From: Centroscyllium fabricii
Lineage: Eukaryota
Direction of reading: 5' to 3'
Assembly: GCA_051313645.2 (NCBI GenBank)
Contig: JBNRSN020000489.1
Span: forward strand, 248,001-305,789
DNA length: 57,789 nucleotides
Below, in pieces: positions 12,938-24,188 of this stretch (the stretch's first letter is position 1; each line of letters opens with the position of its first letter). The notes below the pieces were generated by a model. That model did no database searches. It saw only the letters and a list, made by a program, of their open reading frames with translations, and had not been told where the DNA came from. The position numbers were made by a program, and so were the translations under genes.

Positions 12938-13744
12938 CTATGCTTGCCTTTTCGTGGGATATGTGGAACACTCTTTGTTCCAGTCCTACTCAGGTCCCCT
13001 CCCTCACCCCTTTTTCAGTACATTGATGACTGTATCATTTCATTTACTTTGCTTCCAATTTCCACCCTTCCCTCACCTTCACATGGTCCATCTCCGACTC
13101 TTCCCTTCATTTCCTCGACTTCTCTGTCTCCATCTCTGGGGATAGGTTATTGACAAACACTCACTACAAGCCCACTGATCCCACAGCTACCTGGACTACA
13201 CTTCCTCCCACACCGCTTCCTGTAAGGACTCTCTTCCATTCTCTCAGTTTCTCCGTCTCCGCTGATGATGCCACCTTCCATACCAGTGCTTCTGACATGT
13301 CTTCCTTTTTCCTCAACCAAGGTTTCCCCTCTACTGTGGTTGACACGGTCCCTTGACCGTGTCCGTTCCATCTCCCGTATTTCTGCCCTCACCCCTGCCC
13401 CACCCTCCCAGAACCACGATAGAGTTCTCCTTGTCCTCACTTTCACCCCACCAACCTCCACATTCAACGGATCATCCTCCGCCATTTCCGCCACCTCCAG
13501 CGTGATCCCACCACCAAACACATCTTCCCCTCACCTCCCCTTTCAGCATTCCGAAGGGACCTCTCCTTCCGCGACACCCTGGTCCACTCCTTTATCACCC
13601 CTTTCCCTTCGTTGGCACCTTCCCGTGCAAGTGCAGGAGATGCACCACATGCCCTTATACCTCCCCCCTTCCCACTGTCCAGGGCCCCAAACACCCCTTC
13701 CAGGTGAAACAGCGATTTACTTGTACTTCTTGCAATTTAGTATA

Positions 13745-14489
13745 CAGGTTGAAGTTCATTAATCCGGCAGGGTCGGGACCAGCACCCTACCGGATTGTTG
13801 AAAACGCCGAATTATTGAAGTCACGGCGGCGCATGCGCAGAACATTCAAAATGGCCGACGCAAAATTTTCAATGCTCTGCACATGCGCTCGCCGGTACCT
13901 GGCAGTTGATTTTCGGCCCAAGGGTCGGGTGGAACTCGCACTTGATTGTGCTGCGGGTCAGGGAGAGAGCTGCACGGCTCCAGCGGGCCTGAGGCCCAAT
14001 GTGCGGCTCAAGCCCGGCTCACGTGACGCCACCGCACACCAGCTTCGGAACGCGGTGATGTCAGCATGCAGCCATCAATTCTGCTGCGGATCACTGAGCG
14101 GCCTGCACAGCTTCAGCGGGCCTGAGGCCCAATGAGCGGCTCAAGCCCGGCTCACGTGACGCCACCGCACGCCAGCTTCAGAATGCGGTGACGTCAGCAC
14201 GCAGCCAGGCAGGAGCCTCCGGCAGCGATGGGCACCGAGAATTGCCTGTATCGTGTCCTGTGAAAGGCGGCTGGCACAACAGCTCATCTTCTGGGCCTGG
14301 GATTCACCATTGGCATCGGGGTGGTCACTAAGCCGGAATCCAGTGAGCATATGTTAGGTGAAAGGGAAGCCCAGTCCCGACGGCGGCCATTTTGAATTGT
14401 CTGCGCATGCGCCGGGCAGTCGGCAAGATCTGTGCCGAAGGACTGAGGCTGCCGGTTTTTCGGGTGCCGGATTAATGAACTTCAATCTG
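13745..14489. mobile_element. Tc1-mariner/pogo (Tigger-like) non-autonomous DNA transposon
   Basis: 25-bp TIR caggttgaagttcattaatccggca (1 mismatch), TA on both sides, internal 133-bp-period repeat. Confidence 0.9.
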
Positions 14490-15423
14490 TACTGTACTTG
14501 CTGCTCACGATGTGGTTTCCTCTACATTGGGGAGACCAAACGCAGATTGGGTGACCGCTTTGCGGAACATCTCCGTTCAGTCCGTAAGGTGGACACCGAG
14601 CTTCCGGTCAGCTGTCACTTTAACTCTTTGCACCACTCCCACTCAGACCTCACCATCCTTGACCTCTTGCATTGCCCCACGGAAGCTCGAGGAATAGCAC
14701 CTCATCTTTCGATTAGGCACTATAGAGCCATCTGGACTCAAGAGTTCAACAATTTCAGATCCGAACCTTGGCCCCTATCGTATATATATTTTTCATCCAT
14801 GCTTTTTGTCTCTTTTTTACTTCTCCCCCACATGGCAGCTGTCTTTCATTCTGCCAGCGCAATTCACACTCCATCTAGAACCATCCTTTGTTTCTTAACC
14901 TGTCCCATTACCATCTCCTTTTGCCTTGAATATCTCTTAATGTCTCTTAACTTCTCCTGCCTTCCATCCTATCACAGACCTTCCCTTTTGTTCTTTCATC
15001 CCCCCCTTTTCCCAGCCCCTGCACTTGTTTAAAAATCTGTTCCATTTCCTGCTTTCTTCCAGTTCTAATGAAAGGTCATCAACCTGAAACGTTAACTCTG
15101 TTTATCTCTTCACAGATGCTGCCTGACCTGCTGAGTATCTCCAGCATTTTGTTTTTATTCAAAAGGACTGTTGGAAAGTGTCAAGGAGTAGATTTTCTTC
15201 CTCAGTTTGGGAATTTTATTTTAATGGTACAAAAGGCCTGCTTACACTACAGTCCAGGTCCAAATTATAGCTTTGATGGACAGCTTACATGGCGTCTACA
15301 ACACAGGAACAGGCCATTTAGCCCAACTGGTCTATGCTGCTGTTTATGCGCCTCACGAGACTCCTCTCACCCCTCTTCATCTAACCCTATCAGCATATCC
15401 TTCTATTCCTTTCTCCCTCATAA

Positions 15424-15795
15424 GGGTGGCACAGTGGTTAGCACTGTTGCCTCACAGCTCTGGAGACCCGGGTTCAAATCCAGCCTCGGGTACTATCTGT
15501 GTGGAGTTTGCACATTCTCCCCGTGTCTGCGTGGGTTTCCTCCGGGTGCTCCGGTTTCCTCCCACAGTCCAAAGATGTGCGGGTTAGGTTGATTGGCCAG
15601 GATAAATTGACCCTTAGTGTTAGGGGGATTGAATATGTGGGGATAGGGTGGGATATGTGTCGATGCAGGCTCGAGGGGGATATGGGGAGAGGGCAGGGGT
15701 GGGGTACTGGGTTTGGATGATCAGCCATAATCTCATTGAATGGCGGAGCAGGCTCGAAGGGCCGAATGGCCTACTCCTGCTCCTAGTTTCTATGT
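15424..15795 (+). mobile_element. HE1/V-SINE-like tRNA-derived SINE
   Basis: A box tggcacagtgg, B box ggttcaaatcc, V-domain tgtggagtttgcacattctccccgtgtctgcgtggg, CR1-type tail. Confidence 0.9.
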
Positions 15796-16113
15796 GATAA
15801 TCTAGCTTCCTATTAAATGCATGTATACTATTTGCCTCAACTACTCCTTGTGATGGTGCGTTTCATATTCTTACCAGTCTTTGGGTAAAGTCGTTTCTCT
15901 TGAATTCCCTGTTGGATTTATTATTGATTATCTTGTATTCATGCCCTCTAGTTTTGGATTTCCCTACAATTGGAAACATTTTCTCTACGTCTACCCTATC
16001 AAATCCTTTTCTAACCTTAAAGACCTCTCCGGTCACCCCTCAACCTCCTTTTCGAGGGAAAAGCGCCCCAGCCTATTCAATCTCAGCCAGGTCAATCTTT
16101 CCTAATGTATATA

Positions 16114-16508
16114 GGGCGGCACGGTGGCATAGTGGTTAGCACTGTTGCCTCACAGCTCTGGAAACCCGGGTTCAAATCCAGCCTCAGGTACTATCTGTGT
16201 GGAGTTTGCCCATTCTCCCCGTGTCTGCATGGGTTTCCTCCGGGTGCTCCGGTTTCCTCCCACAGTCCAAAGATGTGCGGGTTAGGTTGATTGGCCAGGA
16301 TAAATTGACCCTTAGTGTTAGGGGGATTGAATATGTGGGGTTACGGGGATAGGGTGGGATATGTGTTGGTGCGGGATCGAGGGATATGGGGACAAGGCAG
16401 GGACAGGGTACTGGGTTTGGATGATCAGCCATGATCTCATTGAATGGCAGAGCAGGCTTGAAGGGCCGAATGGCCTACTCCTGCTCCTATCTTCTATGTT
16501 TCTATGTT
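16114..16508 (+). mobile_element. HE1/V-SINE-like SINE
   Basis: Same structure as 15424-15795. Confidence 0.9.
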
Positions 16509-17377
16509 ATATCCTCCTAGTTCTGGTATCATCCTTGTGAATTTTTATTTTGTGCCTTTTCCATTGCCTTTACATACTTTTTATTATATGGAGGCCAAAA
16601 CTGTGTACATTACTATAAGTTTAACATAACTACTCTGCTTTTCAATTCTGTCCCTCTAGAAATGAACCCCAATGCTTGATTTGCCTTTGTTACAGCCTTA
16701 TTAACCTGCATCACTACTTTTAGTGATTTGTGTATCTGTACCCCTAGATGTCTTTGCTTCTCTACCCCATTTAGACTCTTATTATCCAAGCAGTATGTGG
16801 CCTCCTCCCTACCAAAATGCACCACCTCACAAGTTTCTATATTGAAATTCATTTGGCAATGCCCATTCTGCAAGTTTATCAATATTGTCTTGTATTTTGT
16901 CGCATTCTTCCTCCGTACTAACTATAACCTCCAAATTCGTGTCATCTGCAAATTTTGAAAGTGTACTTTCAAAATTGTTAATGTAAATTGTGAACAACTG
17001 TGGTCCCAGTACCAATCCCTGTGGAACACCACTTCCCACCTTTTGTCAGCCTGAATAGCTACCCTTAACCCCTACTTTGTTTTCTGTTTTGTAGCCAGAT
17101 TACTATCCATTCTGCTACTTGTCCCCTGACTTCACATGCTCTGACCTAAGTTGGGAGTCTACCTTATCGAAGACCTTTTGAAAATCCAAATATATTATAT
17201 CTACTGCTTTACCCTTGTCTAGTCATTGTGTTACTTCTTCAAAGAATTCAATAAGATTGGTCAACTTTAACATATCGATTAGAGTATTTCGAGGGTGTAA
17301 CTAGCAGGGTAGATAAGGGGGAAATAGTGGATGTAGTATATTTGGATTTTCAGAAGGCAGTCGATAAGGTGCCACAC

Positions 17378-17916
17378 CAACAACTTGTATTTATATAAAA
17401 CGTCCCAAGACGGTGCACAGGAGTATTTTAAGACACAAAATCTAACACCGAGCCACATAAGGATAAATTAGGGCAGGTGACCAAAAGCTTGGTCAAAGAG
17501 GTAAGTTTTAAGAAGCGTCTTAAAAGAGGAAAGAGAGGTAGTGAGGCGCAGAGGTTTAGGCAGGGAATTCCAGAGCTTGGGGCGTAGGCAACAGAAGGCA
17601 TGGCCACTAAAGGTTGAGCGATAATAATCAGGGATGCTCAAGAGGGCAGAATTAGAAGAGCACAGATATCGGGGGGGGGAATTGTGGGGCTGAAGGAGCT
17701 TACAGAGATGGGAAGGGGCGAGGCCATGGAGGGATTTGAAAACAAGGATGAGAATTTTGAAATTGAGGCAAATGTAGGTCAGCGAGCACAGGGGAGATGG
17801 ACAAACTTGGTGTGAGGTAGGTCACGGGCAGCCAAGTTTTGGATGACCTCAAGTTTATGTAGAGTGGAATGTGGGAGGCAAGCCAGGAGTGCGTTGGAAT
17901 AATCAAGTCGAGAGGT
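17378..17916 (-). mobile_element. L2-type LINE 3' fragment
   Basis: Pyrimidine-rich degenerate ORF end and L2-like tail (ttgggacgtttt..tataaatacaagttgttg); inserted in a + strand CR1. Confidence 0.6.
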
Positions 17917-18047
17917 AACACAAGCAGTTGTTACACAAGATTAGGGCTCATGGGATTGAGGTTAATATAGTAGCATGGATTAAGGATTGATCAACGGTCA
18001 GAAAACGGAGTAGGAACAAAATGAGTCATTTTCAGGATGGCAGGGTG

Positions 18048-18590
18048 GTTTTATTTTATTCGTTTATGGGATCTGGGCATCGCTGGCAAGGCCAGCATTT
18101 ATTGCCCATCCCTAATTGCCCTTGACAAGGTTGTTGTCAGCCCCTGCCTTCAACTGCTTCAGTCCATGTTGTGAATGTACTTCCACATTGCTGTTGGGCA
18201 GGGAATTCCAGGATTTTGGCCCAGCACTGATGAAGGATCAGCGATATACTTCTAAGTAAGGATGGTGTGTGACTTGGAGGGGAACTTGGAGGTGGTGATG
18301 TTCCCATGTGCCTGCTGCCCTTGTCCTAGGTGGAAGAGGTCGCTGGTTTGGAAGGTGCTGTCGAAGAAGCCTTGGTGAGTTGCTGCAGTGCATCTTGTAG
18401 ATGGCACACACTGCAGCCACGGTACGATGCTGCTGGAGGGAGTGAATGTTTAAGGTGATGGATGGGGTGCCAATCAAGCGGGCTGCTTTGTCCTGGATGG
18501 TGTCGATCTTGTGTTGTTGGAACTGCACTCATCCAGGCAAGTGGAGAGTATTCCATCACACTCCTTACTTGTACCTTGTAGATGGGAGTC
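18048..18590 (-). mobile_element. 3' end of a non-canonical CR1/L2-group LINE (possibly the family of 613-3235)
   Basis: MEYSPLAWMSA and IQDKAARLIG..SLQQHRTVAAVCAIYKMH; tail ggcaataaatgctggccttgccagcgatgccca. Confidence 0.7.
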
Positions 18591-19359
18591 AGGAGGTGTA
18601 ACTAGTGGAGTGCTGCAAGGATCAGTGCTTGGATCTCAGCTATTTACAATCTTTAGCAATTACTTGAATGAGGGGACCAAGTGTAATATAGCCAAGTATG
18701 CTGACTATGCAAAGCTAGGTAGGAAAGTAACCTGTGAGGAGGACACAAAGATGCTGCAAAAGGATATAGACGGCTTAAGTGAACGGGCAAGAAGGTGGCA
18801 GATGGAGTATAATGTGGGGAAATGTGAAATTACCCACTCGGGTAGGAAGAATGGAAAAGCAGAATATTTTTTAAAAGGAGAGCGATTAGTAAATGTTGGT
18901 ACGCAGAGGGATTTGAATGTCCTTGTACATGAGTCACTGAACATTAACATGCAGGTACAAGCAATTAGGAAGACAAATGGTATACTTGCAAAGGGGTTGA
19001 AGTATAAGAGTAAGGAAGACTTGCTGCAATTATATAGGGCTTTGGTGAGACCACACCTAGATGGGACAGTTTTGGTTTCCTTACCGAAGGAAGGATGTAC
19101 TTGCCTTGTAGCGGGTGCAGCGAAGGCTCACTAGATTGATGGTGATTAGAGGGTTGTCCTATGAGGAGAGATTGAGCAGAACGGGCCTATACTCTCTGGC
19201 GTTTAGAAGAATGAAAGGTGACCTCATTGAAATGTCTAAAATTCTTAGATGGCTTGATAGGGTAGATGCTTAAAAGCAATTTCCCCTGGCTGGAGAGTCT
19301 AGATCTAAGGGGCATAGTCTCAGGATAAGGGGTCGGCCATTTAGGACTGAGATGAAGTA

Positions 19360-19955
19360 TACACCATTAAGCACTGCCAAACCCCTTTGTTGTCTATTTT
19401 CTAGCCTTTGTTTCTTCTGCCTTCCAAACTCACTTACTAATTTACTGCCTTCCATTTCCAGCTTTGCTTCTCTCCCTTCTTAATCTACTCTCAGGTTCTC
19501 ATCCCCCTGCCAAGCTAGTTTAAACCCTCCCCAACAGCACTAGCAAACCTCCCTGTGAGAATATTGGTCCTGGCCCTGTTGAGGTGCAACCCATCCAGCT
19601 TGTACAGGACCCACATCCCCCCAGAACCGGTCCCAATGCCTCAGGAATCTGAAGCCCTCCCTCCTACACCATCTCTCCAGCAATGCATTCATCTGCTCTA
19701 TCCTCCTATTTCTGTACTCACTAGTGCGTGGCACCGTTGTAATCCAGAGATTACTACCTTTGAGGTCTTGCTTATTAATCTTTCAAAGCTCCCATAAATT
19801 TGCCTGCAGGACCTCATCCCTCTTTCTACCTATGTCAATGGTACCGATATGAACCATGACCTCTGGCTGTTCAGCCTCCCCCCTCAGATGTCCTACAGCT
19901 GCTAAGTGACACCCTTGACCCTGGCACCAGGGAAGCTACATACCATCCTGGAATC
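19360..19955 (-). mobile_element. CR1 ORF1 esterase remnant
   Basis: NRRIEQMNALLERWCRREGFRFLRHW. Confidence 0.8.
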
Positions 19956-21875
19956 ATTAATATTTCATTTTATATTCCTTGATAATTTAATTTCATTGTT
20001 TCTCTTTGCTTTCCTAATTTTTTTAAAACTTTATATTCCCTTTTGTCATCTTCTCCTTTATTGTCTATGTACTTAGTGTATGTCTTTGCCTTAGTTTTAA
20101 TTTTACCCTTATCTCTATTGATCCATGGGGTTTCATTATTGGTTAGTTTTTTCTTGTTTTTAACAGAATATATTTCTCCTGAACTCTCTTGATCATATGG
20201 CGGCACGGTGGCACAGCGGTTAGCACTGTTGGCTCACAGCACTGGAGACCCGGGTTCAAATCCAGCCTCGGGTACTATCTGTGTGGAGTTTGCACATTCT
20301 CCCCGTGTCTGCGTGGGTTTCCTCCGGTCCGGTTTCCTCCCACAGTCCAAAGATGTGCGGGTTAGGTTGATTGGCCAGGATAAATTGACCCTTAGTGTTA
20401 GGGGGATTGAATATGTGGGGTTACGGGGATAGGGTGGGATATGTGTCGATGCAGGCACGAGGGGGATATAGGGAGAGGACAGGGGCGGGGTACTGGGCTT
20501 GGATGATCAGCCATGATCTCATTGAATGGCGGAGCAGGCTCGAAGGGCCGAATGGCCTACTCCTGCTCCTAGTTTCTATGTTTCTATATTATGAACTATT
20601 TCCCACGGCTGTTCTATCTCTTTGTTAAAAAAAAAAATTAAGTTTACCTTTCCTAGTTCCTTTCTCATCCCTCTCAAAATTAGTTATTTTCCAATTTATT
20701 ACTTTGGTCTTTGTTCTACTTGTGTCTTTCTCAATCATTATTTTAAACTTTACTATTTTATGATCGCTATTGCCTAGATGTTCCTCTCTGCATACTTCTC
20801 TTATCTGCTCTGATTCATTTCCCAGTATTGATCCAGCAGCGTTTACATTGTGGTTTGGCTTCTTACATACAGGGTAAGAAAAGAGTCCTGTACATATTGT
20901 AAAAACTCCATTCCATTTCCACCTTGCCCTACTTCCTCTTACCAGTTTATTTGGGGGTAGTTGGAATCTCCCGTGATTATTATTCTATGTCTTTTACTCA
21001 TTTCATAGATTTGCTTACATATGTCTTTCTCCACTTCTCTTCCACTATTAGGTGGTCTGTAGAATACCCCTATTAACATGATCGATCCCTTCTTATCCTT
21101 TGTCAATCTGTATGAATTCTGTTTTAGCTTACTATTAGTCATGTCCCTTTTTTCTACTGCCATTATGCTATCTCTAATTAGTACAGCTACCCCACCCGCT
21201 TCCTTCCCTATCCTTTCTAATTCTAATTATCTTATATCCTGCAACATTTAACTGGCTGTCCTGTTCTTTATATAGCTATGTTCCGGTTATCCCTACTACA
21301 TCTCACTCCTCACTGCCAATTATTGCCTCCAGTTCCTCCGTTTTGTTACGGACGTTGTGCACTTTGCTGTACAGCAATTTTATTCATTTATATTCACGGT
21401 TCCTCTATCCCCCTAATTATTGACTCCCCTATGACTACAACCTGTCTATTCTACTACTTCACACCCACCCCCCATCCTGGACAGCCTCCTGCTCCACAGT
21501 GCCACGGTTAGCATTCTGGCCATCCTCCCTGCAGCCTTCATCCTTATCCTCACAGGTAGCAGGTACATTGCACCTGTTGGATAGGACCGGAGTCTGCGGA
21601 ACCTCCTCTGCCTCCCCTAGGTTCTCCCTAACCTGCTGACTGACGGTCACACTCTCCCCTTCCTGTACCTGTGTTTTCCTCTGAGGTGTGACTATACTCT
21701 GGAGTAAACTATACAGAAATTCCTCCCCCCGTCCTGTATGTGTCAGTATGGCTCTAACTCGCACTCCAGCTCAAAGACTCTTGAGCTGGAGTGACTCAAG
21801 GTAGAGACGTTTCCTGCAGATGTGGCAATCAGAGGTAGTCTCGCTGTCCACAAACTCACACATTCTGCAGCTTCA
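19956..21875 (-). mobile_element. Old CR1 5' part (ORF1 and endonuclease), interrupted by a SINE
   Basis: IGVFYRPPNSG..IITGDSNYPQINW, ETPWINR and degenerate ORF1 motifs. Confidence 0.7.
20199..20588 (+). mobile_element. HE1/V-SINE-like SINE
   Basis: A/B boxes, V-domain, CR1-type tail. Confidence 0.9.
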
Positions 21876-22264
21876 AAGGTTGTAGGCAATTTTTTTAACT
21901 TACTAAAATGTATTTGGTTTGAATTTCCTCAAATGACTTGCACCACTGTTGCTTCATTTTAAAACAAAGTGTTGCATGCACCAGTGGCCTCCAGAGGGCA
22001 ATACACACAAGTTTCCTGAGTATTCATTTGTATCGGTGTTAAAACTATCTGGAAACGTCTGTACAGCCTTTAAAAAGACAGTTCAGCCGGCTCTTTTCAG
22101 CAGCAAACCGGTAAGAAAGGAACTGTGCTTGATTCTTGCACTTCACTCTCATAACTTCAATTCATATCTTAGCAATATTTTTATTCTCACCTAGCATTAT
22201 CACTTATGCCACCTAGATGGATGTGGCACTGGCACTGCCAACTTTCTCATCCCCAGGACTGCAG

Positions 22265-23150
22265 AACACTGCTGGAAAAATTCCACATTCTGAGCAGGTC
22301 AGGCAGCATCTATGGAGAGAGAAACTGAGTTAACGTTTCAGGTCAATGGCCTTTCATCAGAACTGAAAAACGTTAGAGATTTTAAGTAAGTGCAGGGGCA
22401 GAAGAAGGGTGGGGGAAGGAAAGAACAAAAGAGAAGGTCTGTGATAGGGTGGCGGGCAGGACTGATTAAATGACAGAAGGTACGATAGTACAAAGCAAAA
22501 GGAGATGGTAATGGGAAAAGTAAAGAAACAAAAGAGGAATCTAGAAGGGGTGCAAATGGGAATCGCAAAAACATCAACAGCTGCCATTTGGAAATAATAC
22601 AGGTAGAGGTTATGGTCTGAAATTGTTGAACTCAATGTTGAGTCCAGAAGGCTGTAAAGTGCCTCATTGAAAGAGTGTAAGGCGGAGGTCAGAGTGGGAG
22701 TGAAGCGGAGAATTAAAGTGACAAGCGACCAGAAGCTCAGGGTCACACTTATGGACTGAACGCAGGTGTTCCGCAAAGCAGTCACCCAATCTACGTTTGG
22801 TCTCCCCAATGTAGAGGAAACCACTTCGTGAGCAGTGAATGCAGCATACTAAATTGCAAGAAGTACAAGTAAATCGCTGGAAGGAGTATTTGGGGCCCTG
22901 GACGGTGGGAAGGGAGGAGGTAAAAGGGCAAATGTCGCATCTCCTGTGCTTTCACGGAAAGGTGCTGTGGGAAGGGGAGGGGCTGTTGGGGGTGATTGAG
23001 GAGTGGACCAGGTTGTCGCAGAGGGAGCGGTCCCTTCGGAATGCTGAAAGGGGAGGGATGGGGAAGATGTGTTTTGTGGTGGGATCACGTTGGAGGTGGT
23101 GGAAATGGTGGAGGATGATCCGTTGAATGTGGAGGCTGGTGGGGTGAAAG
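22265..23150 (-). mobile_element. Penelope-like element 3' part (GIY-YIG and terminal repeat)
   Basis: TFHPTSLHIQRIILHHF..AFRRDRSL and YIGETKRRLGDCFAEH; similar to 13440-15150. Confidence 0.9.
22328..22364 (-). ncRNA. Minimal type I hammerhead ribozyme motif of a Penelope element
   Basis: agtt-CTGATGA-a-agg-ccattga-cct-GAAA-cgtt-aact: catalytic core, stems I and II, palindromic AACGTT stem III. Confidence 0.75.
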
Positions 23151-23652
23151 GTCACTCTCCCATTCACTTAATCTATCAATGCCCCTTTGCAACTTTCTGC
23201 TCCCATCTACACTGCTTACTGTGCCACCTTCGTGTCATCAGCTAATTTGGACATACAGCTCTCTATTCTTTCATCAAAGTCATTGATAAATCTAGTGAAA
23301 AGCTGAGGCCCCAGTACAGATTACTGAGGGACACCACTAGTCAAATGTTGCCAATTGGAGTATGTACCCAATATCCCTACTCTCCATCTCCTACCTCCTC
23401 ATCAATTCCCTATCCATGTCAAAAGGTTGCCTCCATTCCATGCGCTTTCATTTTTGCCAAGTCTCTTGTGTGGAACCTTATTGAATGCCTTCTGCAAGTT
23501 TATGTAAATAACATGCAAAAACACTCCCTTATCTACCACAGTAGTGACCTCCTCAAAAAATTCAACTAGTTATTAAATTCCCTCCCTTTCTGGGCAGCCT
23601 ACCTCCAGGCACTGGGGGTGCTGGGGCTGCCCAGAAAGGGAGGGAAACTAGT

Positions 23653-24165
23653 GTGCCAGCAGTAGTAATAGGGGATTCAATTGTAAGGGGCACAGAGAGG
23701 CGGTTCTGCGGCCGTGGACGTGACACCAGGATGGTTATTTGCCTCCCTGGTGCCAGGGTCCGGGATGTCACGGAGCGGCTGCAGGGCATCTTGAGGGGGG
23801 CAGGGGACCAGGTAGAAGTTGTGGTCCACATTGGCACCAACGACATAGGAAAGCAGGGGGACGAGGTCCTGCAAAGTAAATTTAAAGAGCTAGGTGAGAA
23901 GCTAAAAAGCAGGACCCCAAAGGTTGTAATCTCTGGATTACTCCCAGTGCCACGAGCTAATGAGTACAGGAACCGTAAGATAGAGCAGCTTAATTCGTGG
24001 CTAAAAGATTGGTGTAGGAGGGAGGGTTTCAGCTTTTTGGATAATTGGTCTTACTTCTGTGGAAGGTGGAACCTATACACGCAGGACGGATTGCACCTGA
24101 ACCAGAGGGGGACCAATATCCTTGCGGGAAGGTTTGCTAGCCGGGTTGGGGTGGGTTTAAACTAA
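23653..24165 (+). CDS. CR1 ORF1 C-terminal SGNH/GDSL esterase domain (partial)
   Basis: IGDSIVRG, PGARV, HIGTND and DGLHLN blocks; no stops. Confidence 0.9.
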   Translation: MPAVVIGDSIVRGTERRFCGRGRDTRMVICLPGARVRDVTERLQGILRGAGDQVEVVVHIGTNDIGKQGDEVLQSKFKELGEKLKSRTPKVVISGLLPVPRANEYRNRKIEQLNSWLKDWCRREGFSFLDNWSYFCGRWNLYTQDGLHLNQRGTNILAGRFASRVGVGLN

Positions 24166-24188
24166 TTTGGCAGGGGGAGGGGACCCAG

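Larger units (their letters stand above)
12080..15160 (+). mobile_element. Degenerate Penelope-like element (RT plus GIY-YIG), interrupted twice
   Basis: SLDVQSLYTSIPH, QIKGVALGTRMGPSY, YIDD, HYKPTD and CSRCGFLYIGETKRRLGDRFAEH; hammerhead-like motif at 15061-15097. Confidence 0.9.
15295..17270 (-). mobile_element. Old CR1 3' half, interrupted by two SINEs
   Basis: [34 protein letters not shown]; many stops and frameshifts. Confidence 0.85.
17290..19355 (+). mobile_element. Old CR1 ORF2 3' half in three pieces
   Basis: [10 protein letters not shown] (about 17330), AHGIE (about 17945) and VTSGVLQGSVLG..RALVRPHLD (18595-19130). Confidence 0.8.

Noticed and set aside
15424-15500. tRNA gene (also at 16114, 20199, 42800 and 9503)
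   Set aside because: The A/B boxes continue into SINE bodies and LINE-type tails, with no Pol III terminator after the tRNA-like part.
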